This document shows positions 58,409 to 64,000 of a stretch of DNA of 64,000 nucleotides, in pieces. The notes under the pieces are model-generated. The model saw nothing but the letters and a program-made list of their open reading frames with translations. It searched no databases and was not told where the DNA came from. Source of the stretch: an uncultured delta proteobacterium (GTDB lineage: Bacteria > Myxococcota_A > Polyangia > Palsa-1104); assembly GCA_963785725.1 (NCBI GenBank), contig CAWAWS010000022.1, positions 215,442 through 279,441 on the forward strand. Reading direction: 5' to 3'. Position 1 is the stretch's first letter. Each line of letters opens with the position of its first letter. The position numbers and the translations under genes were made by a program.

Positions 58409-58924
58409 GGCGGCGACCTCAATGCAACTAGAGGGCCGTCCAGCATCGACGACATGTGGGCCTATTTCGCGGGAGCCGCGAGTGAATATCGAACAGCGCG
58501 CGGCGAATCGTTCGTTTCTCGCACTTCTCGCTCCACCGCCGTCACGACGCGGTTCGCCGAACGGAGACATCGCAGAGCAAATCGTGGAGCGGTGCATGCG
58601 CTCGAGGTCGCCGATTCAGATCGAGGAATCGCGCGCTCGTTGGAGGGTGATTGCCCTGTGAACTTTTTCGCCGCCGCTTACAACCCGCGTAAGCAGCGGC
58701 GGTTGTCGACGATCACGAAGTATTCGTATGCGTTCAGTAACTCGCGTCGTGAGGCGAGCGCGCGGCGAGAGTATTCGGTTGGGCGATGGAACGACCAATC
58801 CGCCGCAAGACGATTTGAACCTTGCCGAGGGGCACTTTGGCCGCATGTCTGAGCGCCCCAAGGGCGCCTCTTCAAATTGTCGGGAACGTGAACCAGAGCA
58901 GCCGTTCGCGCGGCCTGTAAAGTT

Positions 58925-59211
58925 GAAGTGGACCCCAATTATGCGACCACCTGGTAAGCGAGAAATTGTGCTCTGCTCCAACTCGAACCAGGAGCAGACG
59001 GATGACCAAGAGCAGGAAGAAGCACGACGCGCAGTTCAAGGCCAAGGTGGCGCTGGCGGCGCTGCGCGAGGAGGAAACGGTGCCGGAGCTGGCGCGGCGC
59101 TTCGGCGTGCACCCCGCGCAGATTTACGCCTGGAAGAAGCAACCTTTGGAGAAGGCGGCGACGGCGTTTTCCGATGGCGGCAGCAAGCCGGCCGACGAGG
59201 ACGCACGCCCC
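58925..59211 (+). mobile_element. IS3 left end and OrfA fragment
   Basis: IRL-like [40 protein letters not shown] from ATG 59002. Confidence 0.8.
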
Positions 59212-59515
59212 GAGCAGTTGATAGAACTCCTGATTGTCGACACGGTGTGAGCGTTCAACCTTCCCATTGAGCCTCGGTGTTCGCGGGCGGATATAGACGT
59301 GGCGAATGTAGAGCTCTTCCAAGTGCCAGTGGAACTTCGACTGGAATTCGGCGCCGTTGTCGGTCTGGACGACGAGAACGCGGAATGGCAATCGACGAAG
59401 GACCTCGTCGATGAACTGAATCGCCGTTATCTGCGTGCAGGCGTCGTAAATCTTGAGTACGCGAACGCGCGTGCAGTCGTCGATTGCGGTGAACTGATAG
59501 AGCCGCTTCCGTACC
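59212..59515 (-). pseudogene. IS481-like integrase core fragment
   Basis: [32 protein letters not shown]. Confidence 0.8.
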
Positions 59516-59523
59516 TCGCAGCG

Positions 59524-59838
59524 TGCCCTGAGCTGCGCGCGCTGGGCGCTCACTTTGGTGACGTCGCGATCGTCCACAACACCAAGACCGGGAAAACGTG
59601 CGCCGGGGTCCTCGCTGATGGCTGCCCCCATTCTCACCACGGCGAAAGTTCGATCGCGATGGCTGAGGCAGTCGGTGTGCCGTCGAGCCCTCGTAACGGC
59701 GGCTGCGAGGATGGCGTGGTGTTCGTCGTCTTCTGTGGCTCGTCGAAGGGCTGGCCTAGATCGAACGCTGATGTTGCTGCTCAGGCCGGCGAGTTGCTCT
59801 CAGCGCGGCCTGATCTGCAGGCGCTGCTGGTGAGCTAG
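59524..59838 (+). pseudogene. GH75 chitosanase-like C-terminal fragment
   Basis: GDVAIV..GVLADG.P..GESSIAMAEAVGVPSSPRNGG..GVVFVVF resembles the GH75 catalytic region. Confidence 0.55.
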
Positions 59839-59872
59839 AGGCGGCGATAGCCGCTGCCGGGCCGGCCAGCTC

Positions 59873-60151
59873 TTAGTAGTCGCAGATGGGCTGCTGGTTC
59901 GGGCCGAGGACGCAGCGGAGGTCCTCGTCGGTGCAGTAGGCCCCGTTGGCTTTACCTTCAGGATCCGGGCAGCACGGCTTACCTAGGACGCCGCACGTGG
60001 GGTCGCCGCCCGTCGGGCCACCGACACAGATACCGGGATTCTTCGGATCGCACTTCTCGGCGTGCGCCTTGCCGACGTGACCGAGATACACCCCGAGCGC
60101 AGCTGCAAACGAGAAGGCGAGGGCGGGTAGCAGGCGCGATTTCTGGCTCAT
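59873..60151 (-). CDS. Small secreted Cys-rich peptide
   Basis: Signal ending AHA; 8 Cys; AAAGGAG RBS. Confidence 0.75.
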   Translation of the reverse strand: MSQKSRLLPALAFSFAAALGVYLGHVGKAHAEKCDPKNPGICVGGPTGGDPTCGVLGKPCCPDPEGKANGAYCTDEDLRCVLGPNQQPICDY

Positions 60152-60374
60152 GTTGCGCTCCTTTGTTGGTTGCGAGGACCAGGTCTCGGCGGTGACGCGT
60201 CGATCGGTTGCGCGCCCCGACGAACCGCGTCCGCCCTACGCAACGGTGATGCCAGCGCGAACGACTGGTAAATGCCCGACGTCGCACGCGCGCCGGGCGT
60301 CGCTGGGACGGACCAGGGACGCGTCCCGAGACGTCTCAGGGACGTGCCGCTGAGCGCGCACGCGGTCGAGGCGT

Positions 60375-60677
60375 TCAGCGGCCGTCAACCGAGCGCCGTT
60401 GGTCTCGAAGTGTCTCGATCTCGTCGTCGTGGGTGTCGATATCGCGGTCGTCTAGAGCCTGAACGATCTCGATCGACAACTGTGCGCGAGCCAGCTCGGT
60501 TTCAAGCTCAGCGTGCCGGATCTTCAGGAGGCCATGCTGGATGACGAGCTGTGTCGAGGATGTGCACGCCGCGTTGGCTACCGCGCGCAGCTCTCTGGCG
60601 CAGCTCGCGCACGTCGGCGTCTCAGAACGCGACCCGATCGGCGCGCCACATTCGCAGGTGAAGAAGTCGACGGACAT
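60375..60677 (-). CDS. Phage-like Zn-finger/coiled-coil protein
   Basis: CECG..CASC; starts 1 nt after the upstream stop. Confidence 0.55.
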   Translation of the reverse strand: MSVDFFTCECGAPIGSRSETPTCASCARELRAVANAACTSSTQLVIQHGLLKIRHAELETELARAQLSIEIVQALDDRDIDTHDDEIETLRDQRRSVDGR

Positions 60678-60678
60678 C

Positions 60679-60885
60679 CTATCCCAACATCCGGTAGTCG
60701 AAGCTCTGGATGCCATCGACCTTCGTGGTGAGCTTGTCGATGCGAGCATTAGCAGCGGCAACAGCTTGACGCAGCGTCTGGATCTCGGCGCGCTGATCGT
60801 ACAGCTTGTCCAGGCCGCAATCGCACGCAGCGCCACGCTTGTACCAATTGCAGCGCTGATGATGGTGTGGTGCCTTGGCGCTCAT
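60679..60885 (-). CDS. Phage-like hypothetical protein
   Basis: HxxxC..CDCG; ATGA overlap with the upstream gene. Confidence 0.55.
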   Translation of the reverse strand: MSAKAPHHHQRCNWYKRGAACDCGLDKLYDQRAEIQTLRQAVAAANARIDKLTTKVDGIQSFDYRMLG

Positions 60886-61049
60886 TCCCGCGTCAGCTCC
60901 GACGCCACGATATACGCGGTCGCCCCAAAAGCCGTGACGACGCCACAGCCGGTCAAAAAGTACGGAATGGGCGGGACCGGAACGACGATCGCCAGCGCGC
61001 CGGCCACGATGAACGGCCCGTAGAACGCGTACTTCTTCAGCCGCTTCAT
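60882..61049 (-). CDS. 55-aa two-TM membrane protein
   Basis: MKRLKKYAFYGPFIVAGALAIVVPVPPIPYFLTGCGVVTAFGATAYIVASELTRE; GGAGG RBS; abuts both neighbours. Confidence 0.6.
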   Translation of the reverse strand: MKRLKKYAFYGPFIVAGALAIVVPVPPIPYFLTGCGVVTAFGATAYIVASELTRE

Positions 61050-61454
61050 CTAGGCCGCCTCCGCGCGCTTCACGACGACGCAGCGGTCAGGAAACGAGAG
61101 ATGCACCACGCGATCGGATGGCTTCCCGATCTCGTATCGCCGGCGCAACACCACCACCTTCAGCGCCGCTTTGCGGGTCCACTCGTCCTTCGGCTCGTCG
61201 GTGTCGATGGCGACCACCCGAGCGTGCGTCAAAACGGCCACGTTACTCCAATGCGCCGCGTAGCAGATCTCGTCGCCGACGTGGATCTCATTTCCTAAAA
61301 AGTCTTTCAGCACTGCAATTCTCCCTTTGTAGTTGTCCATGATGCGTTTCAGTAGCGGGTCATTCGGAATGTCGAGCTGCTCGGCCGCCTCAGCGATGCC
61401 GCTATCGATCGCATCCAGAAAGCGGGTAGCGAAGATGTGTTTCATCAGACCCAA
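61050..61454 (-). CDS. Phage-like hypothetical protein
   Basis: KDFLGNEIHVGDEI motif common in phage proteins. Confidence 0.6.
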   Translation of the reverse strand: MGLMKHIFATRFLDAIDSGIAEAAEQLDIPNDPLLKRIMDNYKGRIAVLKDFLGNEIHVGDEICYAAHWSNVAVLTHARVVAIDTDEPKDEWTRKAALKVVVLRRRYEIGKPSDRVVHLSFPDRCVVVKRAEAA

Positions 61455-61469
61455 AAGATTAGGACGCTG

Positions 61470-62216
61470 CTATTCGCGCTCGATGTGCTGCCGTAAGGTC
61501 GCCATTGCTTCAGCGGCCATCGCTACGACTGCAGCGCGCGACATGCCCAACCGGCGCGCAACCGTGCCCGGCAGCTCGTCCTCGATGTACAGGGCCTCGA
61601 CGACCTGCTGTTGACGCGGCGTGAGATGCTGCAGCGCTGCTGCGAGCTGCCGGCGCTTCTCCTGGGCGATCAGCCGCGCCTCAGGGTCGGGCGAGGGATC
61701 GAGCAGGTCATCGTGAGCTGTGGTGCCGTCATAGCGGACCGCATCGAGTAAGACCGGTTGGCGCGCTGCGTCCTCGATGGCCACAGCTGCAGCGGCTGAA
61801 ACACCGAGTTGTCGGCCAAGCTCTTGCGGCGTAGCTCCATCGCCGAGCGCCTCACGAGCTGCAGCGAGGCCAAAGACTGCTGCGCGCCTGTCGTTATTTT
61901 TGCTGATCGAAACGCCGCTTCGGATGGACCGGCTGGTCAGCTCGATCAGTGCGTCGCGGATGATCCGGCGCGCAAATGGGGCAAACCGACGCGCCTCAGT
62001 CCCAGGCTTGAACTTGCGAGCCGCTAGCGTCAGCGCCATCAATGCGGCTTGCCGCCGATCGTCCTCATCTAGCGAGTGGCGGCCATATCGACGGGCAGCA
62101 TTGATCGCCAGCCCCGTGTTGCGCGTGACCAACTCTTGCATCGCGGAGACGTCTCCGTCGGCAATCCGCGTGGCCAGTAGCTGCTCTTCCGCCGCGGTGA
62201 GAAGAGGCGACCGCAT
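61470..62216 (-). CDS. Sigma-70 family factor (degenerate)
   Basis: Region 1.2 PLLTAAEEQLLA..GD..A..ELV..N; region 2 ..AARKF; region 4 LTPRQQQVV..VARRLGMSR. Confidence 0.8.
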   Translation of the reverse strand: MRSPLLTAAEEQLLATRIADGDVSAMQELVTRNTGLAINAARRYGRHSLDEDDRRQAALMALTLAARKFKPGTEARRFAPFARRIIRDALIELTSRSIRSGVSISKNNDRRAAVFGLAAAREALGDGATPQELGRQLGVSAAAAVAIEDAARQPVLLDAVRYDGTTAHDDLLDPSPDPEARLIAQEKRRQLAAALQHLTPRQQQVVEALYIEDELPGTVARRLGMSRAAVVAMAAEAMATLRQHIERE

Positions 62217-62593
62217 TATTTCGCCGCTCGGTCGGCCCACTCGCGAACCGTCGATGCCCATTTGCGCGCATTGCAGGTGCGGCACGCTGGCGCGATGTTC
62301 GAGGGAACATTCAGGCCGCCGCGCGACAACGGGATGATGTGATCGATCGTCGTCGCAGTCGCGGTAACGCAGTAGACGCACCGCCCGCCGCGAACGTTGA
62401 ATGCGAATTCGACGTCGGCAGCGACGAGGGTGCCGGTCACGCCGTATTGGGCTGCTCGGACGTTCGCGTTTACAGCGCGTCGATGGTGACGATGTGTCGC
62501 GTTCCAGTCACGCTGGTACGCGCGGTAGCGGTCACGGTCAGCGAGGTATTCGGTGCGGCGTTTCTGGGGGTCATAGGCTCTCTTAGTTCTCAT
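62216..62593 (-). CDS. HNH endonuclease
   Basis: CVYC..DHIIPLSRGGLN..N..ACRTCNARK; TAATG overlap with the sigma gene. Confidence 0.9.
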   Translation of the reverse strand: MRTKRAYDPQKRRTEYLADRDRYRAYQRDWNATHRHHRRAVNANVRAAQYGVTGTLVAADVEFAFNVRGGRCVYCVTATATTIDHIIPLSRGGLNVPSNIAPACRTCNARKWASTVREWADRAAK

Positions 62594-62807
62594 ACGACTA
62601 AGATTGCGGGCCGCCCAAAACAGCGACTCGGGAGCACCGGTACCCCGAACGAGCTGTTGAGAACCTGTGCATTACGCTGTGGTCGAATGCCGACGGTCAC
62701 CCATAATCCGACGCCACTACTGGTGAATTACAACGAAGGCGATTTTGTGTGCGCATGTCCACAAAGGCATGGATACAAATTGAAGTGGAAAGGCTGGAGG
62801 TACAGCG

Positions 62808-62957
62808 ATGATGGTTCCTTGGATTTATCGAGTTCTCAGAGTCGGTGACCGCGACTACCTGGATATTCAGGAGTTGATCAACCGCTGCGCCGAGGAAGGT
62901 TGGGAGCTAGTCACGGTAGCCGAGGGTCGCGTGTACCTGAAGCGAAGGCGCTGGTAG
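62808..62957 (+). CDS. DUF4177-like small protein (49 aa)
   Basis: WIYRV..INRCAEEGWELV..YLKR; GGAGG RBS. Confidence 0.6.
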   Translation: MMVPWIYRVLRVGDRDYLDIQELINRCAEEGWELVTVAEGRVYLKRRRW

Positions 62958-63455
62958 ATGAATCTGCGCGAGATGAAGAAAGACGAAGCTTCCAAACTGA
63001 GCGCACTATACGGGTACTACGTTCGCGCATCCGGCGTTTTTCAGGACTTCAAGCGCGCGCGCGATACTGTGTTGCTTCCCGAAAGCGGCGAGTTCGGGGA
63101 GCTACTCACAGCAACCGAGGCCATGAACAGGCTCAGCGTTTACTACGGCCTCTTGTACGCGCTCATTGAGGGCTTCCAAGAGTGTCAGCTTCACGACCCG
63201 GTGATCGATCGGCTTCTGGCCAGTCCGCACCTCGTGTTACTTCGTCGGTACCGCAACGCGATATTTCACTTTCAGGCGGATTTCCATAAATCGAAAAAGA
63301 TCTTCGACCTGTTGGAGAACGATGCGATCGTTCCATGGTTACGGAGTGTGTGGAAAGAGTTGACCCGTTGGTTCACAGATGAGATCGCGAACCCGATGCT
63401 GGAGATAGCGAGCGAGGCGGGGATCGACCTCACCGGTCTGCAGGAGAAGAAATGA
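62958..63455 (+). CDS. Hypothetical helical protein (lower GC) with RNAIFH motif
   Basis: 165-aa ORF; the RxxxxH motif is HEPN-like. Confidence 0.6.
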   Translation: MNLREMKKDEASKLSALYGYYVRASGVFQDFKRARDTVLLPESGEFGELLTATEAMNRLSVYYGLLYALIEGFQECQLHDPVIDRLLASPHLVLLRRYRNAIFHFQADFHKSKKIFDLLENDAIVPWLRSVWKELTRWFTDEIANPMLEIASEAGIDLTGLQEKK

Positions 63456-63808
63456 ACCAAACGCCGTTGGAAGCGAAGATCGGGGACATCATCACGAAGA
63501 CGGCGGCGGCCATTGCAACCGCGGTTCGCGAAGAGACTTCAGCGCTCGTGATGCGGGTTGCTGGACGGAGTTACTCGGCCAAGGCACCTGCTGCGACAGT
63601 CAGGGCCACGATCGCCCGCACGGCTGCCAAGCCTCGCGGGGATGCAGGCAAAAAACGTCACGTACCGACCCACTGCATCTACACGGGCTGTGAAAATCCG
63701 TCGAAAGGACCTGGATGGAGCTTCATGTGCACGAAGCACCAAGGCACGGGGAAGGTGGAGAAGCGCCGGTTGCTGGCGGTTTGGAAAGCCGGTCACACGA
63801 AAGCCTGA
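63452..63808 (+). CDS. Basic protein with C-x4-C..C-x2-H putative Zn finger
   Basis: CIYTGC..MCTKH; ATGA overlap; AGGAG RBS. Confidence 0.6.
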   Translation: MNQTPLEAKIGDIITKTAAAIATAVREETSALVMRVAGRSYSAKAPAATVRATIARTAAKPRGDAGKKRHVPTHCIYTGCENPSKGPGWSFMCTKHQGTGKVEKRRLLAVWKAGHTKA

Positions 63809-63913
63809 TCCGGGTTGCGGGCGAGTAGGTGTCGATCTGCGGTTTGTTGTCGCAGCTAGGCAGGAACGTCCAAAACCGTCCCTACGACCGTCCCTGATGG
63901 CGCTTTTGACATG

Positions 63914-63943
63914 AAAAAGGGACTCCAGTTTTCACTGGAATCC
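63914..63943 (-). terminator. Terminator downstream of att copy 3
   Basis: Minus strand: GGGATTCCAG-TGAAAA-CTGGAGTCCC then T tract. Confidence 0.8.
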
Positions 63944-63960
63944 CTAGTCATTTCAAGCTC

Positions 63961-64000
63961 GTGGGGCGTGCAGGATTCGGACCTGCGACTTCCACCGTGT
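63961..64000 (-). tRNA. 3' portion of tRNA-Val(CAC); intact gene or a further att copy, cut by the window edge
   Basis: Identical to 17267-17306 and followed by a terminator. The anticodon is inferred from the other copies. Confidence 0.65.

Larger units (their letters stand above)
17267..64000. mobile_element. Genomic island B (mosaic) at tRNA-Val(CAC)
   Basis: Bounded by tRNA repeats identical over the 40 bp visible; rich in IS, TA and phage remnants. Confidence 0.75.

Noticed and set aside
59212..59515. The island's integrase
   Set aside because: It is a DDE (rve) IS481-like fragment, not a tyrosine or serine recombinase.

Overview
This is high-GC bacterial DNA; the gene styles suggest Myxococcota/Polyangia (inference). 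Almost the whole window is accessory DNA. Three copies of the 3' half of a tRNA-Val(CAC) gene lie on the minus strand (389-431, 17267-17309, 63961-64000+). They delimit tandem integrated islands: A (~16.9 kb) and B (~46.7 kb). The ends carry 11-12-bp-spaced direct repeats resembling integrase arm sites, yet no integrase is recognisable in the window. Island A encodes a PAS hybrid kinase, two paralogous response regulators, an AI-2E transporter, TamA/TamB-like proteins, an OmpA-domain lipoprotein and a lipase. Island B is a decaying mosaic. It holds HigBA-like and AbiEi/AbiEii toxin-antitoxin pairs with visible promoters and operators, and remnants of IS21, IS1182-like, IS3, IS481 and IS66. It also holds the 5' half of an RmInt1-like group II intron inserted in an IS3 DDE motif, and a TPR + BNR-repeat lipoprotein pair. 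Further cargo includes two fatty-acid desaturases, a sensor gene broken by an internal ~210-bp inversion, stress genes (CheB, GH65, PRC, PPK2, USP, S2P, MFS), an FAD monooxygenase between inverted IS66 ends, and a phage-like remnant (HNH, degenerate sigma-70). All calls come from reading the sequence; no database search was run.
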